Notes: generated by a model not told the origin, from the sequence alone. Counted from the first letter of the stretch, positions 37,072-58,649 are shown. The stretch: DNA of 64,000 bases from Geosiphon pyriformis uo1 (GCA_016748015.1 JAAOMT010000439.1:62001-126000); one strand, 5' to 3'. Translations and numbers: made by a program.

Positions 37072-38575
37072 TTATACTTTTTCCAAGATCACAGGCTCCT
37101 TGAATTCTCCTCGAGCTCCGCCAACTTTAGCTCCCGTGTCAAGTGAATCACTATGAAGTTCCAACAATTTTTGTACATCAAATTTAGGACTTTTTAAGAT
37201 CTTGACTTTTCGAATGAATACCTAAAGCAACACGATCACAAATCAGTTAGACAATCTGTGAGCCGTTGAATAGGCCAAAAATGCTTTGGCATAGAAGAAT
37301 AACAAAATGATAAATCTCGATGTAAAAGTTGTATATATCTTACCGATTGTAAAGGATATATGCCTTGACATGCTTTTTCAATTTCACGACCGATGACCTC
37401 GGGCACAAGTTTCAGCACCAACTCCTTTAAATCGACAGTCGATACTTGACTCGTCATGATTTCAAACATCTTCTTGCGGATTTGACGAATTTGTGAGCTT
37501 TGTGCATATGTGGTTTTTTTTATTTGGTTTGGTCGTTTTTTTGTGAAGGCAATGGCAAAAAGGCGAAGCAAATATCCATCGGTAGTCTTTACGTCCACAT
37601 GAGCTTCGATTAGAGACTAAAGAAATATGATTGAGTCTATATTTTTCGGAATATATTTAAACAATGATTTAAATAATATGCCTCCCTTTAACTTACTTGC
37701 CATTTTCGCACCAAAGACCGAAGCTTGTCCGAGGTAAAATCCATTCCGTGAAAGTTAGTAAGCAGGTTCTTACCTTGAACTTCATCAACTCGAAGTTTGA
37801 TCTTTCGGAAGTACTGTTGCTCATCTTTATTCAGGTCAGCCAATGAAGTCTCGAATACACGGCCTTTCAAGGCATCGTTGGCATTTTCTGGTCATAATAG
37901 GAAATTTGGAATAGAAGGACGAAGGTATATTGATAATACTTGAGCTGTTTGAAGCTATTATAAAGCAAATCATAATCCACTCGTACAAAATATACTTACT
38001 TAAACCTTGAGTACGGTTTACCAAGGTCTTTCCGACATTCCTCACTTCAAAGATTGAGGGAGCCTTCACGTCGTACCAGTCTTTACGAGTGAATGGATCG
38101 ATGCTGTTTTTAATGTATCGAAATGAAAAATCAGTTTAGAGCAGTCATTTTGATTAATGTTCGATCAGGATGAAAGTCTATTTTTCGCCTTCATAAAATT
38201 AGGAATAAACGAAATAAATTTTTTCCCTCGAAATCTAGCTATTGATAGGCTTTTGTATCGGACGGCAAAAATTTTCAGGACAGGCTCCCAAAAAGTCGCT
38301 CAAAATTTAGAGCTTTATCTCTTTTAATAAAGGGAACTTACATTTTCTTCTTTAAACCCTTCTTTCCTTTACTAAGACGCTTATTCTAAGGCCCACAAAG
38401 CAACATATTAGTTTTTTAGAAGAAATCAATAGAAATAAACTGCAAAAAAGAGAATTTCTTTTACCTTGCCAACGGCTATTATTTATGAGGAAGTTGCAAA
38501 CATAAAGTTTCAAAAAGAGCAATGTAAGGTTGGATGGACGAAATTCAAAATTGATATCTAAGGTCACCTACCCAT
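37072..38575 (-). CDS. RPS1: 40S ribosomal protein eS1 (S3a), 7 exons including a 4-nt coding exon and an 11-nt micro-exon (38465-38475)
   Basis: [38 protein letters not shown]...[22 protein letters not shown]...[12 protein letters not shown]...[10 protein letters not shown]. Confidence 0.97.
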
Positions 38576-39165
38576 TTTGAAGCTCTACAGTAATGAAAAA
38601 GAGCAACACAGAAAGAATCTCCTTTGAAGAGATCAAAAAATTTTATTATACACTATGACGTCATCAATATAAATTTTTATTGGCCTGAAACTCGGGACTG
38701 GTGTTCCCACCATGAAGCAGGATCACCCAAGATTTTAGGAATCCAATCATCATTATGATAACCGAACATGTGAGGTGAGACTCCCACGTGTCGATCTCGG
38801 ACCACAATTCTGGTAATGCCGAGAAATTTGTTCATTCGAACCACTTATAAAGCACCACAACTTAAATTTTTCACAGCCATTTGCTAAGTAAATCAGTTAA
38901 CTTTGTACGTCTTTTCCGCTTTTACTTTAGTATATTGGGAAAAATTCGATGATAAATGTCACTTGAAAAGAACGAGGCATTCAACCTATCCCTTTTTAGT
39001 TAACATAACTATAACAGTTGAGAAATTTAGTGACAATTTTTTGACCAAATATTTTCTTTCTAAAATATTACCTTTATATTTCTCTTTTGAAATCTCAAGA
39101 AAATCATCCATAAACTGTAACTATATTAGTTAGACGTTGACGCGTCTTCTGTATTGATTGTCAAA
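38576..39165. promoter_or_regulatory. Putative bidirectional promoter RPS1/LNP1 with a CRE palindrome and an E-box
   Basis: 590 bp between divergent ATGs; ATGACGTCAT at 38655-38664 and CACGTG at 38785-38790. Confidence 0.55.
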
Positions 39166-40419
39166 ATGGGAGCATTGATATCCCGTTTCCAGTCGCGAGG
39201 TGACGACGATTATGAAAAGATTCTTTCAGAACTCGATGACAATATTCGCCGTGCGGAAGTTCGTCTTGCTGAAATAAAAATTCGGGAAAGACGTGCCATG
39301 ATAGTTTGGCTTGTTAATTCCACATTAATGTATGTTATTTATGTGATTGGGTATTTGTATTTTGCCTGGCAGAAATCGGGAAACGACAATTGGGATGTTT
39401 GGGCATTGAAGATCGCACCAGTTTTTACTGTCCCCGCTCTCATTCTTATTGTCAAGAATTTCCTTGCGTTATGGTACAAACGACGAGAGTCCAACGAAGA
39501 AACCCAACTTCGACATCTTCGGGCAAAACAAAAGTTAAAAGTGGAAGAACTGAAAAAAAAAACCGGTTATTATGCAACTAAGACGCTTCTTGAACGATTT
39601 GATTCTCCCAAAACTCAGAATCAATTGGGAAATCCAATTACTTCTGCTCAAATGGGATCATTTTTACGGTCAGGAACTCCGGGAGAAATCCCAATTCTTC
39701 GTCAACGTCCTGTCCACTCCCAATCCACACCACCTTTGGATGGACTAAACGGGGACACTTCAAAATTATCAAAAATCGAAGATTATAATAGCCCTGGATC
39801 TTTGACTACTCCACGCTCATATACATATCCTCCTCCCACTCCTGATTCAATCACTCCTTTACAGCGACATTGGTATGACAAGCTTGTTGACGTAATTGTT
39901 GGTGATGAAGGTCCAGAGACGAAGTACGCTTTAATTTGTGAGAATTGTCACGTACACAATGGGCTGGTGTTGTCGCAAGAAATTGAAGATATTCAATATA
40001 TGTGCCCAAAGTGTAATCATTTTAATCCATCTCGACGTAGCATTCGAGAAGGTAACTTCAGCAAGAATAATGGGCACAGCAATAACAAGTTGAGCAATTT
40101 TAAAATGGATAAAAGCTTAAAACAAACTTTAGACTCAGTGACACCGAGACGAGGTAGATCAACTACGCCACGTTCAATGAGTCGAGAGTCTTCTACAGAT
40201 CAAGATGAAAGGAGAGATATTTATGACGACTTTGGAGATGATGGGCTTGCTGTTAGTAAAAGGTTGGCCTCAAGATCAACAAGCAGGACGAGGACTAGTC
40301 CAAGTCAAATTCGAGTTGAAAATCTTAATACCAGTGAAGAAGTTGTTAATAAGCCAAATGGAAGTGAAAGTAGTGGTAGCTCTGAGAGTGGCAACGATCA
40401 CGATGAAGTCACGATTTGA
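39166..40419 (+). CDS. LNP1: ER junction protein Lunapark, intronless CDS (417 aa)
   Basis: N-terminal MG (myristoylation-type), DYEKILSEL coiled coil, two TM segments, KVEELKKKTGYYATKTLLERFD, WYDKLVDVIVG, C4 finger ALICENCHVHNGL...YMCPKCNHFNPSRR. Confidence 0.94.
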   Translation: MGALISRFQSRGDDDYEKILSELDDNIRRAEVRLAEIKIRERRAMIVWLVNSTLMYVIYVIGYLYFAWQKSGNDNWDVWALKIAPVFTVPALILIVKNFLALWYKRRESNEETQLRHLRAKQKLKVEELKKKTGYYATKTLLERFDSPKTQNQLGNPITSAQMGSFLRSGTPGEIPILRQRPVHSQSTPPLDGLNGDTSKLSKIEDYNSPGSLTTPRSYTYPPPTPDSITPLQRHWYDKLVDVIVGDEGPETKYALICENCHVHNGLVLSQEIEDIQYMCPKCNHFNPSRRSIREGNFSKNNGHSNNKLSNFKMDKSLKQTLDSVTPRRGRSTTPRSMSRESSTDQDERRDIYDDFGDDGLAVSKRLASRSTSRTRTSPSQIRVENLNTSEEVVNKPNGSESSGSSESGNDHDEVTI

Positions 40420-43400
40420 TAATTCCAATTTCACCTTCAGGAAAGTTGTTGATAAAGAAGAAATTGAGACATTAACAGTTTTTCCCTCTGTGCCTCTTTA
40501 TGGACTCAATATTACCCTTTCTACTTCCTTTTTCTCTCATACCTTTCCTGATAAATAATCTCCTGTTTATAATTTCTAAATTTTCGAATTGCAAATAATA
40601 ATAGGAATTCAAATACACTTGGTGTTTCAAATGTCTTTAAAGAACATTTTTATAGTATTAGCCTCCCATTTTATCCGAATAATGCTATTTTTTTAATATT
40701 AAAACTCTTTAAAATATTTTGATTTAATAAATACATCAGTTATAGCATTGACGGAGGTTGCTTTACTGAAGAACAATTTTTTAATCATTATTGGTGAAAG
40801 TTTAATTAATCAAATCATAATGCCTTAATGTCAACGGCCTGACTCTAAACCATATCCTCTATTTCAACCACAAAAACCATCATGGCGATTCGGCGAAGCG
40901 ATAGAATATTTGGGTCAAAGAAATGGGAGATTTTAAGAGAGGAATATCCCTTACACAACATCTTGGGACAAATCATTGAGCGATTCAATCTCGCCGATGA
41001 TTTTTGAATTTTTTTCACATTTAAATTGCGCAATAAGATGGACGAAACCATCCTGACTTTACTCTTCTGTTAATACTAGCATTTTGGCAGTTGAAGAGAT
41101 ACAACCCTTTTTCCTAATATATACCAAGAGATTGCGTTATTCCGTCGTGTCAAAGCGATAAATTTTTACGAAGCATATTAAGAGGCCGCCAAAAACAAAC
41201 AAATAAAAGTACTACAAATAGTAAATTTCCATTCACAAATCTTTTGAACTATAATTATCGTTAATCACAATTCAATCATGTGGGATCAGAACTAAAATAG
41301 GTTTCAAACTGATAAACACTTCCATTTGCCTTGGAACTTACAAATCCAAAAGCAAAAAAAAAATTCAAATCAATCATTTTTTTTTTTCAAAAGCTCAATA
41401 TTCAATCATCAATTGTTACTACTAATCATCAGTGACAAAAAAAGAGAATAAAGCTTTATTCCATAAGTGGGAGATTTTTATGCGTTATTTTTTGTTTGTT
41501 TGGTTGTTGGTATAGGTATGAATAGCTATCATTATTTTTGGCGACTATTAAGAAACTATTTGATTTTAAAGATTGTTGGCATTCGTTCTTTTGGATGGCA
41601 GGTGTGGTGGTAGTTGGTGATTTTGACTTATCCGTAGATGATGATGGCGAATAAAAAATCAGGTCATTAAAGTGAGTGTTGGCAAAAAATGTATCTAGTA
41701 CATTAAATATATAACGTTGCAGAATTCTATCTATAGTTACCGTATACTATATACTTTAAAATTTACTAATCTAAAGCTTACAACTTTTAAAAAAAAGTGG
41801 AAGAAGAGGGATGAGATAGGATGGAATGGAATGGTGAAAAAAAATTCGGGAAACCCAAACCGTGCGGAATCCGACAAAAAATGGAAACGAACCAAACCAA
41901 AATACTAGGAATAATTAAAAACTGTCGTATATTGCTCAATCAACTATATAGGGGTGGTAGGAAAAATCTATATGTTTATAAAAAGAATGAGGAGGTTAAG
42001 GCGAAGGGAAAGTTTGAGTGGTTGAATTGGATGTTGGGTGATTGATTGATTGGTTAGCTGTAATTTTTTGTTGTTGATAAGGTTGGAAGGGATTATTGGT
42101 TGTCTAGATTTGTATGTAGATGTATGGTATCAGGTGGTAGGTTCATTAGGGTCAAAAAGCTCCTGTTATAGGTCATGGCTTTGATCTTAACGTCATGTTG
42201 GGAAGAACATTAAGCTAAAACATTTAAACAGCTCCCAGATATCTTGGGATCAGAGGCCACATATAGCACCCGATAAGGACTATCGAACTGGACACTCTAC
42301 CATATACTCGAATACACATGAACCATCTATCTATCATCGACAAACTCTCTAGTACATACAAACAAAAGTTAGCGGTGAAGAAACGGAGGAAAAGCAACTA
42401 AATAATGATTTTGATGATGCTTGGGAAACAAAAATAAATCCAGCTTTGGATTTTATTTGTTGTTCGGTTTGTGGGTTCGGTTGGTGAATCGGTTATGGAA
42501 CAAGGTGTTTTGGAGGTTGGAAATTTTGAAGGATAATTATAATTGCCAATGATAGCTTGTGTCATTCTGATCACTAAGCGTTGATACTGACTTAGAGTTA
42601 TTAGGATCCGTTTGAAATATAATTTAAATAGGACGAACGCATCTTAAAAGATCCCACTGTACAGAAATGAGTTTGAAAAAAAAAATTGCAAGGAAAAAAA
42701 GATTAACAAGTTAAGGGTCCAGAAATAAGGGAAAGGGAAAGAGAAGGCGAAAGAGAAATAATAATGTACATTTGATCCTGTACTTTTACTAAATAGCTAT
42801 TCGTCTGGTTTAATTATGGTTTTTATAGTTCTAGACCGACGTGCTATTTGTGGAAATGGAAAAGTGTATGTATAAATGTGTATGTATGTATATATGTAAG
42901 TGTGTATGTAAAATCTAAGAGGTAGTTGTACCAAAAGGATAAAGGGAAAGACGCGTACGTACACGAATAAAAAGTTTTTATAAAACTTGATATCACGCGA
43001 AACCACGTCTTGACCATATTATTAATATTTTAAACTACTAGTGAAAAGAAATGTCCATGTCTAAATTATGTATGTATATGTATTGTATATATTACTTGTA
43101 AAGCTCACATCTATATAATAAAAAATAAAAATAAAATAAAAAAAAGGGTTTTGAAAGGCAGGTCTTGTTGCGATCCAGGCAACGAAAAGAGTATTTGTAA
43201 TTTTAAATTGTTCGTGACTTCTAAATTAAAGTAAACAAGAAAAAAAATATACAACAAACGAACGAATGCCATCACGTGGCCGTACGCAAGTTTGAAAAAA
43301 GAGGGCGACATGAAAAAAAATTGCGACATTTCCCGGAAGAAACGAGAAAAAGATTCTATAAAAAATGTTCTTTGGAATTCATGATACATATATATATATA

Positions 43401-43592
43401 CTGAGTCAAGGATGAAATACTTTTTTTACTCGCACGAGGCAAAATGGTAGACCGAATTAAATGTTTCTTTTTGGGTAAAATAATGATTGTTCCTTTGAAA
43501 ATTGAAATATAGTAGGAAAAAAAAAAAGAGAAGGGGAGAATTCTATCACGCATGAATAAATTTTCACAAGTATTAAAGCAATGACAGCCGAA

Positions 43593-46421
43593 TTAAGACC
43601 GCTTCGAATTGCGAGAAGTGCGTGGTCGCGAAGAAGTGCCAACGATGGAGGCGCTAATAGTAACGGCTGAATCACTTGAAGTCGATGTTTGAGTTTTTGG
43701 CGTCGACATAAGTGGAAGTTGTTTACGAGCGAATTCAACCACGATTCGCTTCCTAAGCAAATTATCATGGCAGCTGGCTTCGCAATACCATGGTTCTTCA
43801 TTAAAAACCGTTTCATCGTGGATTCCGGTTGAATTGCATTTTTGGTGGAAGGCGCGAGGGCAACCCTCGCATCGGACAAGTACATTGCCTACACAAGATT
43901 CCTTCCTGTGACAGGACGTGCAATCTAGAAATGAACAAAGAAAGTGATGAAATCAGTAATCGTTGATAAAAATGAGATCAATTTTAATTGAAATAATTGA
44001 CCAATACATACAGAGTTGCAATACTGGTCGATCACGACTAGCAACCGGTTCATCGGCGAAACCTGTTAAATCCAGCCGCGGAAGTTTACATGCGAACCCA
44101 TATCCTTTGTAATCACATCCGTGCTTGCTATTGATTGATAGAGAGAGATATTTAACGTCAAGTATAAATTTCCGTAAATTCAACAAAAATGATAAAAAAA
44201 GAACTTACTTGCAAAGAGTTCTCTTTCCCCAAGGCCCAGGACGCCAATTGACACCTTCCGTTGTACCACAATATCGACACCAGTCTATTCCTGATTGAGT
44301 TAAAGACTCGAAAATCGTGGGTGATTTTGTGGGTCGTGGCTCGCATTGTTCAATACCTTCCATCGGGTTTTCCTCATGTTCTTGATGGTCAGGATCCGCT
44401 GAACTGAGTGATTCAGCCGGGGAGGAACTTTCCACGAAAGGTGTATTGGGCAAGCTTTTGCTCAATTTCTTTTGGCCGACAGGAATAGTGCTGATAATGA
44501 TTGGAGCTGGTTTCAAAGCGACCTTAGTCCGTTTAGTCGAGTTATTGGCAGATTTGATGCTTTTACTTTTGGTAGCCTGTAGGGCAGCCTTCATCTTTGC
44601 TACTCCATTTTTGTTCTTGTTCAGGTTAGAACCCGATGAGCTAGTCTTCTTCTTTTTAAGCTGTTTTTGGGCCTTGTTTGGGATCTTCTTATTGACCAGA
44701 GATATGACCTTCTTGGTGGCTGTGGTAACCGAGCCTGAGGGTCGATATTCTGTATCATCCTCATCGCTAGATACGGAATCACTACTGCAAAGATAATCAT
44801 CAATCGCCGTCGTGGTATCATGTGAACGTATCAAAGCCGCTTCTTCGTCAACATTAATCCCGATTATGGTTTCATCAGTTGTCTGATTATCGGAACAAAC
44901 TTTTTTGTTTACTTTCCTAGAAGTATTTTTGAAAGTTTTGTTGTCGGAATTCGTTTCAAGCGATTTCCACTCATAATCGGAATTAGTGTCGTCAGAATAA
45001 GGGTAAGATTTCCGTTTTCGGCCATTACCACTTATTAACTCTGGGGTTTTTAACGGTGGACTTGGGGCGTCGTTATTAATCGTGATATAATTTGGTCGTG
45101 TATTTTGATGGCTACGCACATCAGATGATGTTTGGATTTCTCTCGAAGCTTTCATTGCGTCAATAACAGCCGCATTAGAGGTTGAGCTAGATGTGATAGA
45201 TGTATCTTTGTGATCACTGCTGTCTTTGTCATCATTTTCTTCCATATGTTCATCCTTTTTGGTAATGACCTCTCGAAGATCATGAGACAACAACTTCGGA
45301 TTAATAACAGAGATAGGAGATTCTTCTATCAATGATAATGCGGAAACAGGAATCATCTTATTTTCAATTTCATCCACAAACTTGAGATCACGAATGTGCT
45401 TATTTATAATAGGAGCATCCCCTAAAGATGTAGAAGAATCTAGAGATGATGATGATGATGATGATGTCGAATTGGAGGCGTTATTCATTGGCGTGCTAGA
45501 CTGAGAATTGGAGATTGCATGCGACGATGTATCAGCATCGGATTCATTATAAAACAAATTAAACAATTCTTCCTCACAAGGCAAAAACCCAGTTGGAGAG
45601 GTTGGGGATAATGGTGGAGAATTGTGTTGACCAGGTGTAGAAACGTCGGTATCGGATGAAGTATCGCTATCAAAATGGATCACCTTCATCAAATCTTGAT
45701 CATATTTTGACATTTCATCGGAAAAGAATACATCATGAAGGAGACTATTCTTGGGTTTTTCCTTTGAGAAACTGTCATAACTGATCGCAGGTAATTGTTC
45801 CAGAAGGAAAAGTGGTGCTTCATTCTGAACAGTATGAACAATTTGTGGATATTGTGACTGAAGATGATGTTGAGTTACAGTTGGAACACTCGAAGTGAGT
45901 TTTGATTGAGCGATACTAGATGGAGCAATTATCGATTGTTGATCTTGTTTTAATTTTTGAGTAGGAACCGTTTGATTCGCGACAATTACTTGTGGTCGAT
46001 TATATTGGCGTTGAGATAATGCATTTGTTGAAACCAAGTGCTGTTGTGACTGCGGGTGAGGAATCGATTGATTCATGGGAGGAATATTATTAGCGGATCG
46101 GTTGCTAATTTCAATTCCTTGGATTGACCAAAATTTAGTTTTGCATTTATTACATGCCGCTTGGTCCAGAATGGATTCTAGAGACATTCCAGTTTGAAGC
46201 AAAATACTCGTATTAGGTGTACAAATTTCGCAATAACCAATAATTGCCAATAAATCATTTGATGATGGAGGACTAGATCTTTGGGAGTGCTGTCGACGTT
46301 CAGGTGTTGATGAAACGGCTCTTTGATGCTGTTGCTTGACTTGGACTGGATGAGGTGGAACATGATGGGGATGGGGATGAGAATGATGGTGATGGGAATG
46401 GGAATGAGAATGATGATCTAG

Positions 46422-46469
<48 letters not shown>

Positions 46470-47036
46470 GTTGTTGTTGTTGTTATTATTATTATGAGAA
46501 GGTTGTTGCTGATGCTGACGATGAATCGGTAATGATTGATAGGCTTGGTGATGGTGATGCATCGGTGATTGCTGATAATAAGCAGGATAGGATTGTATTG
46601 TCTGATGATAATAGCCACCACCAGACGAATGATGGTTATAATGATCCATCAAAGGAAATGTAGGCGATGGAATTGATTGGGAAGCTGGTGAGATTCTATT
46701 ATAGATATCATCTTTTGACGATGAAATATTATTCATCGAGAAATCACCAAGACTAGAAAATTGTGTTGGTACAATTATTTGTGGTTGTAGCGACGATGGG
46801 TACTGACGATTTTGAGGCAACGAATTCCTTTGTGATTGGTGCTGCTGTTGATTCGGAAGATGGGAAATTTGAGCTGGTGAAATTGGTAGAATTTGACGGG
46901 GTTGACTGTAATAGTCATGAGATTGACTCCCATTGTTTTTATGAGTAGAGTTCGAAGAGTTTACGTTCGGTGAACTTGCACGACTGTTACTGCGTGGTTG
47001 TGAGATGGATTTTTTTATGCTCGATGTACTTGCCAT
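43593..47036 (-). CDS. ~1,090-aa low-complexity nuclear protein with an atypical GATA-type finger and a PHD finger; coding exons 47036-44209, 44127-44012, 43924-43593
   Basis: GT-AG introns join CRYCGTTEGVNWRPGPWGKRTLCN|KHGCDYKGYG...QL|YCTSC...RCEGCPRAFHQKC...WYCEASC. Poly-N/H/Q N-terminus and a Lys-rich NLS-like segment. Confidence 0.88.
46422..46495. repeat. (ATT)n/(GTT)n microsatellite encoding a poly-Asn tract
   Basis: In frame within the GATA/PHD gene. Confidence 0.95.
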
Positions 47037-47189
47037 CGGTCGAAGAATATTAAATAATGAAGTAATTCTATATGCTTGAAGAAGACCTGATTAGAAGGAA
47101 AGAAAAGCAAAAAAAAATGAGTTATGCTATTTCGAAAATTGGCTCTTTCTTTGTTTAAAAACTCTAGGATGTCATAATATATCGTGGAT

Positions 47190-56000
<8,811 letters not shown>

Positions 56001-56814
56001 ATGGTTCGTTTTGATGGATATTTAAGAGTTAAAAGACTAGATTAAATTAAAGAATCTGAGGCTAAAGAGAAACTCAAATGAAGAACAAAGAAAAAAGAGG
56101 AAACCCACTTAAAAAATATTGTAATAAAAATTGAGACTTTGAATAAATGCGATAAACATTATATCATGATGACCAATCTAAATTATTAAATAATACCCAT
56201 CCTATTCCATCCCCTCCCCAATTGGGAAAAAAAGACTTGGAAATTTTTATGACAAAGAAATATATCATTAAATCTATATGAATAAAAAAATTTGTGAAAT
56301 CTATACATATATTATTATTTGATGATCAAAAAGAATTTTGGGCATGAAGGGAAAACCAAAAGCAACCCGTGATAATCTACTGTACCTTTTTAACAATTAG
56401 GATGAATGCTATTTACGGAGTAATTGTCTTTTTTTTTTTAAAAAAAAAATTCCGTCAAAGAATTGAAAAGGCAAAATTTCTAAATAAGTAATTAAAATAA
56501 AGTCTGCAATCCGTCATTGAAAAAAATTCGTCATACAATGGGTCTAGATTTTTTCGTTTTTACAAAAAAAAAAACAATTTTCTTTTTCTTAAACAATTTG
56601 GTTTTTCCCTAGATTTCGAAAAAAATTTTTATTTCGTCAATTTATTAAGAGCTTTTAAATGTAAGGAAATTTTTTTTTTGGTGTATAGAAAAAAATAATC
56701 ATTATGAGATACCAAAAAAGAAATCACAATTTTTTGAAATAAATTTTTTTTTTTACCCATTTTGGATATTTCTTTAAAGAAAAAAACCCTTTTCCCCGAA
56801 TCAATTCCTTTCTG

Positions 56815-56975
56815 ATGCCCCAATTACAAGTATTAATTTTCGGTGAAATACAATTTGCGAAAAATACATATGAAGAGTTTAAACAAAAGTATCATGTTCT
56901 GGTAAGATAAATTGAAATGATTGGGAAAAATTTTTTTTTTTTTTCAAGAATAATCAAATGCGAGATTAGGTTATC

Positions 56976-57065
<90 letters not shown>

Positions 57066-57965
57066 GCAAGTTTTTTTCTTTTTTTTCTTCTTATTGCTAG
57101 GAATTCAAAGGCACAAAATCGGAATTTCTTGAAATTTTTTCGAAAAAATTTGATAACATCACAGCTATTTTGTATGCTAATCCGGTTGAGAAGGTTTTTA
57201 AAATAAATCTAATAAAAATTTCTCGCTATCTTTTATATTATTTCTTTTCTTTTCTTTTTTTTCATATACTGGGAACAATATTATATGCTAATTCATTTAA
57301 TTCCTTGAAAATCTTTGAAAAGATGATCGAGAAACTTGATGATACGTTACTTAAAGTTCTTCCAAGTAGCCTTCAATTAATTTCGATTATTGGAGATGGA
57401 AAGAATAAAATTGTTGATATAGAATGTGCTACGCAGCTTGGTATATGTCTTGTTTTTGAACGTGAAAAGATTTTATGGATTTTTGAGAAAATCTATTTAT
57501 GTGATTTGATCCTTGTCTTTTTTATTTTATAGGGATAGCAGTTTCAGATATTGGTGCATTTGAATCTGGGTTAACAAAAGGTAAAGAATAAATTTATTTT
57601 TTTGAATTTTTCATATTTCTAATCATTTTCTAAAAAATTATTGACATTATTAGAAGAAAATGAGGTAAGTTTTTTAAAATCATTACTTTTAGAATTTCCC
57701 ATTAATATAAATTTCATAATTATAAAATCATTCCATTCCCTTCCCTTTCCTTTCCTTTTAAACCTCCCAGAAACAAACCCTTGAAGATTTAGAGGACGCC
57801 CTTTTAACCGGTACCCCAAATCATATGATCAACGATTTTGAAATTGTTTCGGAAAATGCTGCTGCTCGTGCCGCCGAGGTGATTGCTAAATTGGTCGGAG
57901 GAGAGCTTGAAGATTTGGATATTGGTGATGTTGTGCAGGGTGCTTTTGAGTTTCGGAACGTGTAA
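56815..57965 (+). CDS. 183-aa protein resembling the substrate-binding domain of D-isomer-specific 2-hydroxyacid dehydrogenases, with no NAD-binding domain; exons 56815-56901, 57101-57193, 57323-57440, 57533-57580, 57654-57664, 57771-57965
   Basis: All introns are GT-AG and phase-consistent. Translation: MPQLQVLIFGEIQFAKNTYEEFKQKYHVL EFKGTKSEFLEIFSKKFDNITAILYANPVEK MIEKLDDTLLKVLPSSLQLISIIGDGKNKIVDIECATQLGIAVSDIGAFESGLTKEENE KQTLEDLEDALLTGTPNHMINDFEIVSENAAARAAEVIAKLVGGELEDLDIGDVVQGAFEFRNV*. Confidence 0.8.
56978..57062. repeat. Poly(T) homopolymer in intron 1 of the mini-dehydrogenase gene
   Basis: ~85 consecutive T. Confidence 0.9.
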
Positions 57966-58649
57966 GGGGTTGGTTAGGATGGGTGGAATAGAAATTAAAA
58001 AATTAGATTTTATTTTGAGGAGAGAGGAATCAAGAACCTGAACTTTTAGGTTTTTTGAAGGAATTTATTAAAATAGAAATTCGAATAGCCAAAAAACTAG
58101 ATACAGAAAAGAATCAACTTGTTTAGTAAATTTTTTAAATTATAAAGGCAAAATTTTCAAAGTATAGAAATGAAATTTCAAGATATTAAGAGAATAACCA
58201 AATTCTATAATTATATAAAACGAATCGAGATTAATTCTAATCTTAACATGTAAGCTTAAAGAGATTGAAGAGGTTAGAAGATGTATTTTTTTCTTTGTCA
58301 CAACTTTTCAGTCTAATTAATTAGTCTCACAGAACGAAAAAAGGATATTCTTAAAAGAAAAATAAATGAATAAACAAATGAAATAAAATATTGTTACAGG
58401 TCGAAGTAATATGCTAATGGATAACAAGATTAAACAAATATTCTATGGCAAGAAAAGAATCAAAAAGAAATTCAACTTAAAAAAGTATACTGAATTTGTA
58501 GTGCAAGATTCATCTTATAGATATCTCAATTATTTTTTTTCAAAAAGATAACAAAAAAATTTGAAGATTAAGAAATAGTTTATACTGTTAACCAAAAATA
58601 ACACAACTTTTATAATTATATGTCTTATACCAGCACTTTTATAATTCAA

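Noticed and set aside
38104-38341. Possible intronic C/D snoRNA in the longest RPS1 intron
   Set aside because: CTGA boxes are present, but I found no convincing C box (RTGATGA), terminal stem or rRNA guide.
40845-41051. Small ORFs and a partial inverted repeat between LNP1 and the GATA/PHD gene
   Set aside because: No recognisable homology, and the pairing is too short to support a structured RNA.
43457-43885. 142-aa ORF listed in the track
   Set aside because: Alternative frame over the PHD-encoding last exon.
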